From NCBI GenBank assembly GCA_964641965.1, contig CAZXLD010000015.1:17516-81515 (forward strand): a stretch of 64,000 nucleotides of DNA, in the 5' to 3' direction. Every line of letters starts with the position of its first letter. The first letter of the stretch is position 1. This document shows, in pieces, positions 1 through 9,764 of the stretch. The translations under genes and the position numbers were made by a program. Under the pieces are notes generated by a model. That model worked only from the letters and a program-made list of their open reading frames with translations. It was not told where the DNA came from and searched no databases. This DNA comes from an uncultured Saprospiraceae bacterium. GTDB taxonomy: Bacteria > Bacteroidota > Bacteroidia > Chitinophagales > Saprospiraceae.

Positions 1-117
1 CAATGCCAAGTAGTCGGCAATAGCACCATATGTACTGACTCGCCCCCTGGGAATGAGTCGAGTCACTTCGTACACTTGTTCGTAATAGGAAACCTTGGTT
101 TTCTTGTCTTTATCCAT
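1..117 (-). CDS. MGMT/Atl-family DNA-binding-domain protein, first 39 codons only (gene runs off the left edge)
   Basis: Hand translation from the reverse-strand ATG at 117..115 gives MDKDKKTKVSYYEQVYEVTRLIPRGRVSTYGAIADYLAL. This matches the conserved VY-x2-V-x2-IP-x-G-x-V-x-TYG-x-IA opening of methylated-DNA-protein-cysteine methyltransferase-domain proteins. It is absent from the ORF track because it is truncated. Confidence 0.6.
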   Translation of the reverse strand, partial: MDKDKKTKVSYYEQVYEVTRLIPRGRVSTYGAIADYLAL

Positions 118-455
118 TTCCTTTTAACAATTCCACATCTAGACCCACCCAACAGATATATTCTTTTTTAAGTTTGTTGGCACGAGCAATTTGATCTTTT
201 TCCATTGTACGTCAATCCACTTTTCCTCGCCCTGACGACAGATGAGATGATCTGGTTTTTGATAGGATTTTCTCTAACTGCAGCAGGGTTTGTGTTAATA
301 ATTACCATTCAAAAATGGAAGAAAAAAGATCCTAGGCAGAACCAATAAATTCAAATTGCTTTATTTCATAAACCAACTGGGAAACATTTAACTAGACCCA
401 AAGGACATCCCACTGGGTTGCCCCAAAGTGCTAAACTTGCAACAAATATAGACCG

Positions 456-1109
456 ATGCTGAAAACCCGCGTTAAAGCAGGAGGTATTACTAATCTAACG
501 GATGCCCGTTACTTCGCAGCCTGGGAAGTGGAATGGTTGGGGTTTTGTCTGGACCCGAATGCCCAACCGCATCTTAGCCCACAGGAAATGATGGCCATTC
601 GTGAATGGGTTGAAGGTGTACGGGTAGTTGGGGAGTTCAACATGCAATCAGCAGCAGAACTGGAAGCTTCCATACAACTCCTTCAACTCGACGACTTATT
701 TGTTGGTCCACTTGCTTCCACAGAAACATTGAAAGAGCTTCAACCCGATATCCCGGTAATTAAGGAGTTATTCTACGACCCTTCAGATCCCGTTGGAACC
801 ATCCAACAACAATTTGAAGCCTTTACACCCTATGTTTCGCTGTTTCAACTGAGCTTGGATAAACAAGGGGTTGAATGGAAGGATTTGAATAAGGAAACGG
901 TCCTCAATCTGAGGCTTCTTTACGATTGGGCGAGTCAATTCCCTCTTCTACTCGGCATTCAGGTCCCACCGGACCAACTCCCACAATTGCTTACAGCACT
1001 TCCGCTTCAGGGGATTTGTGTCCAGGGAGGTGAGGAGGAGCAAGTAGGTTATAAATCGTTCGATGAACTGGATGCTTTCTTCGAAGCCATTGAGGAGGAA
1101 GAAGCATAG
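456..1109 (+). CDS. Phosphoribosylanthranilate isomerase (TrpF)-like TIM-barrel protein, divergent
   Basis: The N-terminus KTRVKAGGITNLTDARYFA resembles the PRAI opening K-I/V-C-G-I-T-x-x-E/D-DA. Length is 217 aa. There are no trp genes nearby, and Gly sits where the catalytic Cys is expected. Confidence 0.5.
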   Translation: MLKTRVKAGGITNLTDARYFAAWEVEWLGFCLDPNAQPHLSPQEMMAIREWVEGVRVVGEFNMQSAAELEASIQLLQLDDLFVGPLASTETLKELQPDIPVIKELFYDPSDPVGTIQQQFEAFTPYVSLFQLSLDKQGVEWKDLNKETVLNLRLLYDWASQFPLLLGIQVPPDQLPQLLTALPLQGICVQGGEEEQVGYKSFDELDAFFEAIEEEEA

Positions 1110-3394
1110 GGCACCTTACTTTTTCGTTGGTCCTGGCGCTGCCGGTTTCCTGGGGTGGTTTCCGGAAGAAAACGCCTGATCAGCAGCGGAATCAAAAATA
1201 AATCACTCAACAAAGCACTGATCAAAGTCAGGCTGATTAACAGACCGATAATCACGCTCGGGGGGTGAATGGAAAAGAGCATCACCATAAACCCGAAAAA
1301 CAGAATAATGGATGTAAGCACGATCGCTTTTCCTGTTTCGGTAAATGTGATTTGTAACGCCTCCTCCTGACTCATACCTTTATTTAATGCCAGCTTGTAT
1401 TTACTCAAAAAGTGGATTGTATCGTCAACAGCGATACCAAAGATGACAGCAAAGACAATGGAAATGCCGGCTTCTAATTCAATGCCCAAGAACCCTAGAA
1501 GCGCACCGGCCAGAATAAGTGGAAAAAGATTGGGAACCAACGAGATCAATAACATCCGGATATCCCGAAACAATAAAGCCATTAATAGGCTGACAATCAA
1601 GATCGCAAACCCAAGTCCAAGCAGCAGGTCTCGCCGGACATAAGCCGCATTTTTGTCAATAATCAATCCGGTACCGGTGCGAGCCACCTTTATGATGTTG
1701 GTATCCACATTGGATTGCATCCAGTTGTCAAATCGGTTATTAACAGCCTTGATGCTATCTGCTCCGATATCAAAAACTCGACTGGTAATACGGGCTTTCG
1801 ATAGATCCTTGCTTACCAATACGTTTGCCTGGGTTTGAGGGAATCGCGCAGCCAAAGCTTTAAACCGATTAAAGGTAGCCTCTTCCTCTGGTAAACGATA
1901 GCTGGCTTCCCTATTCCCAGAATACATCTGATTCATGCTTTTATAAAGCATTGAAATGGATCCAATCGCTTTCAAATTAGGTTCGGAGTGCAGATATTGT
2001 TCAATCGATTCAATTTCCCGAACCACCTCAAAGTCCGTTACCTTCCGGTCATCCTGCGCATATACCGCAAACTCTACTGGTCTGAATCCGGTCAGGTGCT
2101 GTTCAAAAAATAGAAAGTCCTCGGTGATCTTCTCCCCGATCGGCATATTCTTGATGATGCTGTAGTTGGTCGTAATCCGGGATATCCCCCATAGACTAAG
2201 GGCTAAAAGTAAAAATCCGCCGAGTGCAATTTGTCTGGGATAGTTTAGCGTGAGGCGATAAGTTCCTAGCAACAGGCCTTCCCATTTTATGCCCTTTCCA
2301 AGTCGCATGATCTGGTGGGTCTTAAACCAACTTAGAACAGCAGTTGTAAAGAGAATTACAGTTACATAAGCAATGAGCACGCCCACCGCTGAGTTAATTC
2401 CAAAATCTCGAATGGGTTGGATACGGCTGGTGGTCAGAGAAGCAAAGCCTACCGCTGTGGTTAAAGAGGTTAAAAGAGTAGCAAGTCCGATTTCCTTTAT
2501 TGACGTACGAATTGCATTGCGCCGACTTTCCCCTTTCTGGAGTTCATCCACATATTTGCTCATGATATGGATGACATCACTGGTACCCACAATAATCATG
2601 AGAACAGGATATAATGCCGCCATTGCATTTAACTCTCTTCCGGCAATTCCCAAAAAACCAATAAAGAGCAGCATCCCCAACCCTATAGATACCAGGGCAA
2701 CCATCACTCCGATCGGCTTACGAAAGATGAGAAAGAGAATCAAGCTTACCAGAATGGAGGCTACACCTGCAGACACGATAATTTCCCGTTGTTGCATACG
2801 CACCAACTCTTTTTGAAAATAGGGCCTCCCGAGAAAATGATATTCCTTGAATCCAAAATCTGCCACCTGCTGCTGCAGCTCCCCCATCAATTCTTTGGAC
2901 TGGTCTAAATCAATGCTATTGATTGTTTTTAAATAGATGACCAGCGTGTTTCCATCCTGGGATATCAAATTGTAAACCAACCGTTCGTCTTGTAGCACTT
3001 TTTGCCGGTCTTCGGCATAACGCTGAGGCTGATTCAAATGGATAGCAGGTATGCTGGTAAACCCAAATGGGGTTTTTACAGGATAAGCAAATTGGGTTAG
3101 GGACTGGACTTTGGCAATATGGGGAAGGTTGCGGCAAGCCAGGCTAAACTGATGTACCTGATTGAGAAAAACAGAATCAAAAACCCCCTCCGGACGATGC
3201 AACGCAACCAATAAAAAGTTATCATCTGACTCAAATTCGGCAATAAACTCCCGAAATACTTCCAAGTCCGGGTCGCCTTGTGGGAAGAACTGCTCAAAAT
3301 CAAATGTAAATTGCAAGCGTGGCACCTGCAGTACACTGATGACTGCCAGTATACCGAATCCAAGTAATACCGACCAACGAAATCCTGAAGTCAT
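1049..3394 (-). CDS. MMPL/COG1033-type RND-superfamily exporter (paralogue of 13024..15330)
   Basis: 781 aa with two blocks of about six hydrophobic helices separated by large soluble loops. It has the conserved GIAVDDTIHFLSKY motif. The N-terminal FEQFFPQGDPDLEVF...DDNFLLV aligns with the second exporter in this window. Confidence 0.8.
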   Translation of the reverse strand: MTSGFRWSVLLGFGILAVISVLQVPRLQFTFDFEQFFPQGDPDLEVFREFIAEFESDDNFLLVALHRPEGVFDSVFLNQVHQFSLACRNLPHIAKVQSLTQFAYPVKTPFGFTSIPAIHLNQPQRYAEDRQKVLQDERLVYNLISQDGNTLVIYLKTINSIDLDQSKELMGELQQQVADFGFKEYHFLGRPYFQKELVRMQQREIIVSAGVASILVSLILFLIFRKPIGVMVALVSIGLGMLLFIGFLGIAGRELNAMAALYPVLMIIVGTSDVIHIMSKYVDELQKGESRRNAIRTSIKEIGLATLLTSLTTAVGFASLTTSRIQPIRDFGINSAVGVLIAYVTVILFTTAVLSWFKTHQIMRLGKGIKWEGLLLGTYRLTLNYPRQIALGGFLLLALSLWGISRITTNYSIIKNMPIGEKITEDFLFFEQHLTGFRPVEFAVYAQDDRKVTDFEVVREIESIEQYLHSEPNLKAIGSISMLYKSMNQMYSGNREASYRLPEEEATFNRFKALAARFPQTQANVLVSKDLSKARITSRVFDIGADSIKAVNNRFDNWMQSNVDTNIIKVARTGTGLIIDKNAAYVRRDLLLGLGFAILIVSLLMALLFRDIRMLLISLVPNLFPLILAGALLGFLGIELEAGISIVFAVIFGIAVDDTIHFLSKYKLALNKGMSQEEALQITFTETGKAIVLTSIILFFGFMVMLFSIHPPSVIIGLLISLTLISALLSDLFLIPLLIRRFLPETTPGNRQRQDQRKSKVPYASSSSMASKKASSSSNDL

Positions 3395-3463
3395 ACCTTA
3401 TTGTTGAATCGTTAAGGAAACGATTGAAAACCGGTTTGGTTCCTATTAAGTATGCAGTCCTCT

Positions 3464-3496
3464 TTTGTACATTAATATTCCAGTCAACTACCTTTG
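3464..3496 (+). promoter_or_regulatory. Candidate Bacteroidota sigma-A promoter for rnhB (-33 TTTG / -7 TAnnTTTG)
   Basis: TTTG at 3464..3467, a 21-nt spacer, then TACCTTTG at 3489..3496, 43 nt upstream of the rnhB ATG. The consensus is recalled from Bacteroides/Flavobacterium promoter studies. Confidence 0.45.
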
Positions 3497-3538
3497 CTCC
3501 TAATTGTATTTTCCTATTTTTCTTGAGCAATTACTCCT

Positions 3539-4165
3539 ATGGGGCTTTCGCCGGATCTAAGTCCATTTTACGAATCCACTGAAATCGAAGCGGGATGTGA
3601 CGAAGCGGGGAGAGGCTGTTTGGCCGGACCGGTTGTTGCAGCAGCTGTCATACTACCCAAGCATTTTGCCGATGAGACCTTACGTGATTCAAAGAAGCTG
3701 TCTCCACTCCAGCGGCTAGCATTAAGGGAACGAATTGAACGAGAGGCCATTTGTTGGGGCGTGGGAAGCCTTTCACCTGCAGAAATTGATCAGCATAATA
3801 TTTTGAAAGCTTCTTTCCTGGCTATGCACCGTGCACTAGACCAACTAACGACTTTACCCACCTCGCTTTTAATTGATGGCAACCGGTTTTTACCCTACAA
3901 AGCTATTCCGCATCACTGTATGGTCAAAGGAGATGATCGCTTCTTAGCCATTGCCGCTGCTTCTATTCTGGCAAAGACTTATCGGGACGAGATGATGAAA
4001 ACTCTGCATCAACAATACCCACAATTCTGCTGGGATCAAAATAAGGGTTATCCTACCAAAGGTCATCGGGAAGCTATACGAAAGTATGGTCCTAGTCCCC
4101 ATCACCGAAAAAGCTTCCAATTACTTCCCCGGCCTGAGCAAGGGAAATTCCCAGGTTTCAAATAG
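3539..4165 (+). CDS. rnhB: Ribonuclease HII
   Basis: Classic [21 protein letters not shown] active-site start, plus DSKKL and ASILAK motifs. 208 aa. Confidence 0.95.
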   Translation: MGLSPDLSPFYESTEIEAGCDEAGRGCLAGPVVAAAVILPKHFADETLRDSKKLSPLQRLALRERIEREAICWGVGSLSPAEIDQHNILKASFLAMHRALDQLTTLPTSLLIDGNRFLPYKAIPHHCMVKGDDRFLAIAAASILAKTYRDEMMKTLHQQYPQFCWDQNKGYPTKGHREAIRKYGPSPHHRKSFQLLPRPEQGKFPGFK

Positions 4166-4168
4166 TTG

Positions 4169-4831
4169 TTATTGAAGAAAGGGGTTCGACTGGCGCTCAG
4201 CTCCGACAGTGGTAGCTGGCCCGTGGCCTGGATAGACAATCACGTCATCCTCCAGGGACAAAAACTCCCTCTCGATGCTTTGAATCAACGTTTGGTGATC
4301 TCCTCCTGGAAGGTCCGTTCTACCAATACTCCCTTGAAAAAGGACGTCGCCTCCAATCACATAGCCTCCGGCTTGATCATAAAAACTGACGCTGCCCGGA
4401 GAATGGCCTGGAGTGAAGAGAATCTCCAGTGTAATTTCTCCAATCTGAATTTGCCCGCCTACCTCCAAGAAAATTTCAGGCTCAACAGATTCTATCGGGT
4501 CGAATGGGATACCAAATAGCTGAGCGGATACCGGAGCAGACTTTAGCACCGCCATTTCGTCCGGATGAATGGCTAATGGAAGGCCGTAAGTCTGTGCAAC
4601 AAAACCATTTCCCAGAATATGGTCAATGTGGCAATGGGTATTAATCAGCCATTCCGGACGGAGCTGCTGATCGCTAATGAATGTGATTAACTGATCCTTT
4701 TCCGCCGGATTGGAGCACCCCGGGTCGAAGATTGCACATGTATTATTGTCGGCTACTACCAAATAGGTATTTTCCTGGAAGGGATTAAAGGTCAGGGTAA
4801 CAACACGAGCCATTCTTAAGCCGTTTGCCAT
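4169..4831 (-). CDS. MBL-fold metallo-hydrolase (glyoxalase II-like)
   Basis: HxHxDH motif THCHIDHILG, and downstream TPGHSPGS and GDVLF motifs typical of hydroxyacylglutathione-hydrolase-like proteins. Confidence 0.85.
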   Translation of the reverse strand: MANGLRMARVVTLTFNPFQENTYLVVADNNTCAIFDPGCSNPAEKDQLITFISDQQLRPEWLINTHCHIDHILGNGFVAQTYGLPLAIHPDEMAVLKSAPVSAQLFGIPFDPIESVEPEIFLEVGGQIQIGEITLEILFTPGHSPGSVSFYDQAGGYVIGGDVLFQGSIGRTDLPGGDHQTLIQSIEREFLSLEDDVIVYPGHGPATTVGAERQSNPFLQ

Positions 4832-4943
4832 TGGAAAGCGTGGAGAAAATAGATTATTTTACAAATGCTTCACTAGAAATGAGGTCGGCATCATAAAACT
4901 TGTCGGCTAAAAATATGTCTTTTCTGATAAAGGGCTTTTTCGC

Positions 4944-7900
4944 ATGCAATATAGGTTTTTACATATCCTTGGCACCGTGTGCCTTTTCCTCTCGCTGACC
5001 ACAGTTTCCGGGCAAGGAACGGAGGTTACTTTTGGCAAAAACCGGGTCCAATTTCATCGGGACTTCGACGAATGGGTCCAGTACGAGAGCGATAATTTCA
5101 TCACCTACTGGTATGGAGAAGCCCGCAATATCGGCCAGGCTACGGTTCAGCTGGCCGAATACGATTTCGCAGAGATTCAAGCGCTGCTAGAACATCGGAT
5201 CAATCAAAAAATGGAAATCCTGGTCTATACAGACCTTACCGATATTAAGCAAAGCAACATTGGGAATGAGGACGTTTTTACCAATACCGGTGGGAAAACC
5301 AAGATCGTAGGAAACAAGGTCTTTGTCTATTACAACGGAGACCACAACGCACTCCGGAAACAAGTCAGAGAAGGCATTGCGACAGTGTACATGGAGTCCA
5401 TGTTATTTGGCTCCAATCTCCAGGAAATCGTTCAGAACGCGGTTATGCTGAACCTCCCTGAATGGTTCAAGGAAGGATTGATCGCCTATGCCGGAGAACC
5501 CTGGAATACCCGTCAGGATGATGAACTTCGCGATCAACTTTTTTATAAGAAATACAAGGACTTCAAGCGATTTTCCCAAGAGCACCCCCGGTTGGCCGGT
5601 CAGTCGATGTGGTATTACATTAGCGAAGTCTACGGGAAGGCTACCGTCTCCAATCTGCTTTACTTAACCCGTATTAACCGGAGTATTGAAAGTGGGTTCT
5701 TGTATGTCCTTGGGCGCCCTTATGAAATGATTGTGAACGAATGGACACTTTACTTCAAGGAACGCTACGGTGCAGAAAACCAGGTAAGGGAATATCCAGC
5801 TGCCGGACAGGTAGAGTTTAAAAACAAGCACATGTTGCCGCTAACCAATATTCGGATTAGCCCGGATGGGCAGCGGATTGCCTATGTGCTCAATGAGATT
5901 GGCCGGTATCGAGTAATCGTTCAAGAACTCAATAACCCAAAGAAGAAAAAGGAAGTTCTCCTGAGAAAAGGCAATAAAAACCCCTTTCAGGCTACCGATT
6001 ATGCGTATCCCTTGTTGGCATTTGACCCTACCGGCCAGGAACTGGCTATTATGTATGAGCACCGGGATCGGGTACGGCTGCTTCGGACCAACATGCAAAC
6101 CGGAAAGTCAACTACAGAATTGCTAGGTGTGCAATATCAACGGGTCTATTCGATAGACTACATGACCCCAAACAATCTATTGCTATCGGCGTCGTCCAGA
6201 GGTATTTCCGACCTTTATGTTTATTTTCTGAATACCAGGCAGGGGCAACGGATCACTAACGATATCTGGGATGACCTGGATGCAACCTACGTTCGGATTG
6301 GAGACCGGAGGGGCATCCTTTTTTCCTCGAATCGTCCCGATAGCTTGATGGAAAATGTCCGGATGGATACCATCCTCCCGATCGGAGACTTTAACTTGTT
6401 CTTTTACGACATGGACAAAGGAGAACGCGAACTGGTCCAAATTACCAAAACCCCCTTGGCAAACGAACGGAACCCCATTGCCCTTAGTGATGAATATTTT
6501 GGATACCTGAGCGATCGGAGCGGAGTGTTCAATAGGGAAGCGGGCAGGCTCGAAGACTATATCCATCACTATGAACAGGTGGTTACATTAGTCGATGGAG
6601 AAGCCATTCGACTGCATATCGATTCCACCTTGCAGGATATTGATTCTACCCTGATTGACACCATAACGATAGAGCCGATCTATAAAACGAGGGCTGTAAT
6701 TCACAACCAAACGAACTATCGCCAGAATATTCGCCATCAGCACAGTTCGGTTCGATCTTCCAAAGTGGTTGAGGTTTTCCAAAATGGATTGGAACCTCAA
6801 ATATTTGTAAGTCGTATGGACCCTGAGTTTTCCAAACCCGCTCCGGCAACGGAATTCATGCAACGGCTACGCCAATCCTTCTCAGGAACCGGTCCCTTCC
6901 AGAAAGCCAACTTGAATCCGGGCGGTTTTTACCAACAAGGGAGGTTACAGCCTCAACCAAATCGCCCCCAGACAGATGAAACTAAGGATATCCCTGAAGA
7001 AGCTCCTATTTTTCAGGTCCCCGAAGACTCCAAATCCAAGCCCGACAGTACTATAGATATTGATAATTACCTCTTCCAATCCGAATTTGACACCAATGAA
7101 TCTGCTCCTCAAACGACAGTGGCGCCTGCTCCTGAAAAAAAGGACCCCAATGCGCCCGCATCGGAGAGAACAGAAATTCAGGTCCTTCCACAGTCAGATG
7201 TACCAGCAGAGCAGGAAACGGTATCGGATCGCAAGGTATACCGATTCAGGCCTGGCAGGATTATACCCTACCGCCTGAAATTTAGAACAGATTTCGTCAA
7301 TGTTTCCCTGGACAATAGTGTATTGTTTGAAGGATTAAACACCTTTTCTGCCGGCCAGGATAATTTCGGAGTACCTCCGGCAGGGATCTTGATAAAAGGA
7401 AATTTCAAGGACCTGCTGGAAGACCATGAATTTGAAATTGGGGCTCGGATTCCAACCACTTTTGATGGATCAGAGTACTTCTTCATATACAAGAATAAGA
7501 AACACCGTTTCGACCATCAGATTAATTTCTATCGGAGAAGCCAGCGCCTCAATCAACCCAGTGGCAACGGAATTCCACAACGAGCCAAGCAACGTATTTT
7601 GCTAGGTCAATATGAGGTGCGTTACCCGCTGGATATTTTCAGGAGTTTCCGAGGAAGGCTCACGCTAAGGGACGATCGCATTACTCAACAAGCATCAGAT
7701 TCCATCAACCTTCAAGTCCCTACTGATAACCAACAACGCGTTGGCTTGCGTTTGGAATATGTATTTGACAACACGCTTCAAAGAAGTATCAATATCCTGA
7801 ACGGAACACGCTACAAGGTATATGCAGAAGTGTACAAACGCTTTGATCTGGAAATTCTGGACGGCTTCAGCTTTGATTTTGGGGAAGGGTTTATGACGAT

Positions 7901-8489
7901 AATCGGACTTGATTTCCGGCATTATGAACGCTTACTCAAACATTCTGTGATAGCCCTGAGGCTTTCCGGCGCCACTACTTTTGGCTCGGAACGGATCTTG
8001 TATTATTTGGGGGGGGTAAACAATTGGTTGTTCGCCGATTTCGATCAATCCTTAGCAACACCTCCAGGAAACTTTGCTTTTGAAGCCCTGGCAGCTCCTG
8101 TCCGAGGATTCCCCTATCGAGCCCGAAACGGAGGCAGCTATGCCTTGTTTAATGCAGAAGTCCGGGTTCCGGTGTTTCAATACATTTCTCAGCGGATTCG
8201 GTCAGCCTTCATCCGCAACTTCCAGATTATTGGGTTTTTCGATGCGGGTACTGCGTGGGAGGGAGCTTCGCCATTTAGCGACGACAATCCACTCAATATT
8301 ACCAATGTCGGAGATGGTCCTGTTCGATTACGCGTGAAATTTTTCAGGGACCCAATTATTGCAGGCTACGGATTTGGGGTCCGCACTACTCTTTTTGGAT
8401 ATTTTTTCCGAATGGATTATGCCTGGGGGGTGGAGACCCGAGAAGTGTTAAGCCCACGTTTTCACTTTTCCCTGGGGACCGATTTCTAA
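4944..8489 (+). CDS. Large outer-membrane protein: signal peptide, degenerate peptidase-MA-like region, TolB/PD40-like repeats, Pro/Gln/Glu-rich linker, Omp85 (D15)-like C-terminal beta-barrel
   Basis: The N-terminal signal is LFLSLTTVSGQG. Central IRISPDGQRIAY-type PD40 repeats are present. The C-terminus has LGG...VRGFPY...FFDAGTAW...GYGFGVRT...FRMDYAWG and ends in an aromatic residue (..GTDF), as in Omp85-family barrels. Confidence 0.5.
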   Translation: MQYRFLHILGTVCLFLSLTTVSGQGTEVTFGKNRVQFHRDFDEWVQYESDNFITYWYGEARNIGQATVQLAEYDFAEIQALLEHRINQKMEILVYTDLTDIKQSNIGNEDVFTNTGGKTKIVGNKVFVYYNGDHNALRKQVREGIATVYMESMLFGSNLQEIVQNAVMLNLPEWFKEGLIAYAGEPWNTRQDDELRDQLFYKKYKDFKRFSQEHPRLAGQSMWYYISEVYGKATVSNLLYLTRINRSIESGFLYVLGRPYEMIVNEWTLYFKERYGAENQVREYPAAGQVEFKNKHMLPLTNIRISPDGQRIAYVLNEIGRYRVIVQELNNPKKKKEVLLRKGNKNPFQATDYAYPLLAFDPTGQELAIMYEHRDRVRLLRTNMQTGKSTTELLGVQYQRVYSIDYMTPNNLLLSASSRGISDLYVYFLNTRQGQRITNDIWDDLDATYVRIGDRRGILFSSNRPDSLMENVRMDTILPIGDFNLFFYDMDKGERELVQITKTPLANERNPIALSDEYFGYLSDRSGVFNREAGRLEDYIHHYEQVVTLVDGEAIRLHIDSTLQDIDSTLIDTITIEPIYKTRAVIHNQTNYRQNIRHQHSSVRSSKVVEVFQNGLEPQIFVSRMDPEFSKPAPATEFMQRLRQSFSGTGPFQKANLNPGGFYQQGRLQPQPNRPQTDETKDIPEEAPIFQVPEDSKSKPDSTIDIDNYLFQSEFDTNESAPQTTVAPAPEKKDPNAPASERTEIQVLPQSDVPAEQETVSDRKVYRFRPGRIIPYRLKFRTDFVNVSLDNSVLFEGLNTFSAGQDNFGVPPAGILIKGNFKDLLEDHEFEIGARIPTTFDGSEYFFIYKNKKHRFDHQINFYRRSQRLNQPSGNGIPQRAKQRILLGQYEVRYPLDIFRSFRGRLTLRDDRITQQASDSINLQVPTDNQQRVGLRLEYVFDNTLQRSINILNGTRYKVYAEVYKRFDLEILDGFSFDFGEGFMTIIGLDFRHYERLLKHSVIALRLSGATTFGSERILYYLGGVNNWLFADFDQSLATPPGNFAFEALAAPVRGFPYRARNGGSYALFNAEVRVPVFQYISQRIRSAFIRNFQIIGFFDAGTAWEGASPFSDDNPLNITNVGDGPVRLRVKFFRDPIIAGYGFGVRTTLFGYFFRMDYAWGVETREVLSPRFHFSLGTDF

Positions 8490-9562
8490 ACGGTATTTCC
8501 TTCTCCCATTTTTTCAGCATTCTCGGCAACCTGGAGTGCTTCAATTACGGGTTCTAGATCGCCATCTATCACTTGTTGTAAATTGAAATTTTTGGAATCA
8601 CCTTCCAGCCGGTGATCTGTTACCCGGTTCTGGGGATAATTGTAGGTTCTGATTTTGTCGGACCGATCCCCTGACCCGACTAGTGAACGGCGCTTGGCGG
8701 CTTGTTTGGATTCGTGTTGTTCTTGCTGGAAGGAAAAAATCTTTTGATAAAGGCGCTGCAGGGCAATCTCCCGGTTTTTAATCTGTGATCTCCCGTCTGT
8801 ACTTTCAGCTACTATCCCTGTTGGGATATGTGTAAATCGAACTCCAGACTCCGTTTTGTTCACGTGCTGACCACCGGCTCCGCTCGACCGGAAGGTATCA
8901 ACTTTCAAGTCCGCCTTATTAATGTTGACATCTTCCATTTCAAGTTTGGGCATCACGGCAACCGTGGCAGCTGAAGTGTGGACCCTCCCTTGTGATTCCG
9001 TTTTCGGAACCCGTTGCACCCGATGGGCTCCGGACTCAAACTTTACCCTACCATATACATCTGTACCGCTTACCTCGAGTACGATCTTACTGTATCCGCC
9101 AGCGGTTCCCTCATTTGCATCAACCACTTCAGTCGACCAACCCTGAGCCTCAAAATATTTACCGTACATACGGTAGAGGTCACCTGCAAAGATGCCAGCT
9201 TCATCACCGCCTGCACCCGCTCGAATTTCAAAAATGACGTCCTTTTCATCTTCCGGATCTTTTGGAATGAGTAGAATTTTGATCTTTTCCTCTAACTCCT
9301 CCCGCCGGGGCTCTAACTGCTCAATCTCTTCTGAGGCCATAGCTTTCATGTCTGGATCGGCTTCCCCGAGCATTTCTTTTGCTGTCTCCAAATTGGACAG
9401 CAGATTTTTGTACTCCAGATAGATATCTACAACTTTCTTTAGCGATTTATACTCCTTACTCACCTTCGTGTAGCGATCCATATCCGCCATGATCTCGGGA
9501 TCTGCCATTTGATTTTCCAAGTCGAGATAGCGATTATGAATTACCTCCAATTTTTCAATCAT
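8486..9562 (-). CDS. prfA: Peptide chain release factor 1
   Basis: GGQ motif (SGAGGQHVNKTESGVR) and an RF1-type PxT tripeptide context (VQRVPKTESQGRVHTSAATVAVMP). 358 aa. Confidence 0.95.
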   Translation of the reverse strand: MIEKLEVIHNRYLDLENQMADPEIMADMDRYTKVSKEYKSLKKVVDIYLEYKNLLSNLETAKEMLGEADPDMKAMASEEIEQLEPRREELEEKIKILLIPKDPEDEKDVIFEIRAGAGGDEAGIFAGDLYRMYGKYFEAQGWSTEVVDANEGTAGGYSKIVLEVSGTDVYGRVKFESGAHRVQRVPKTESQGRVHTSAATVAVMPKLEMEDVNINKADLKVDTFRSSGAGGQHVNKTESGVRFTHIPTGIVAESTDGRSQIKNREIALQRLYQKIFSFQQEQHESKQAAKRRSLVGSGDRSDKIRTYNYPQNRVTDHRLEGDSKNFNLQQVIDGDLEPVIEALQVAENAEKMGEGNTV

Positions 9563-9764
9563 ACCAATTTATATCGTTGATCCTGCCAAAATGAAGGGCC
9601 TTGGGAGCAAAAAGCATTACGGCTTTTCTCCATTTTCTAAGGTGAATAAGCCCTTTCATTACCTACATTATGTAACAGCCCTTATTTCGATTAGCATACA
9701 AAGGTAGGCAAAACACATTTTAGATGAATAGGCCAGGCGTAGTACGTTTTGCTAATTTTATTGG

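Noticed and set aside
8486-9562. RF1 decoding tripeptide reads PKT rather than the textbook PAT.
   Set aside because: The motif is generally P-x-T with a variable middle residue. The surrounding RF1 sequence and the GGQ motif are canonical, so no altered stop-codon usage is implied.
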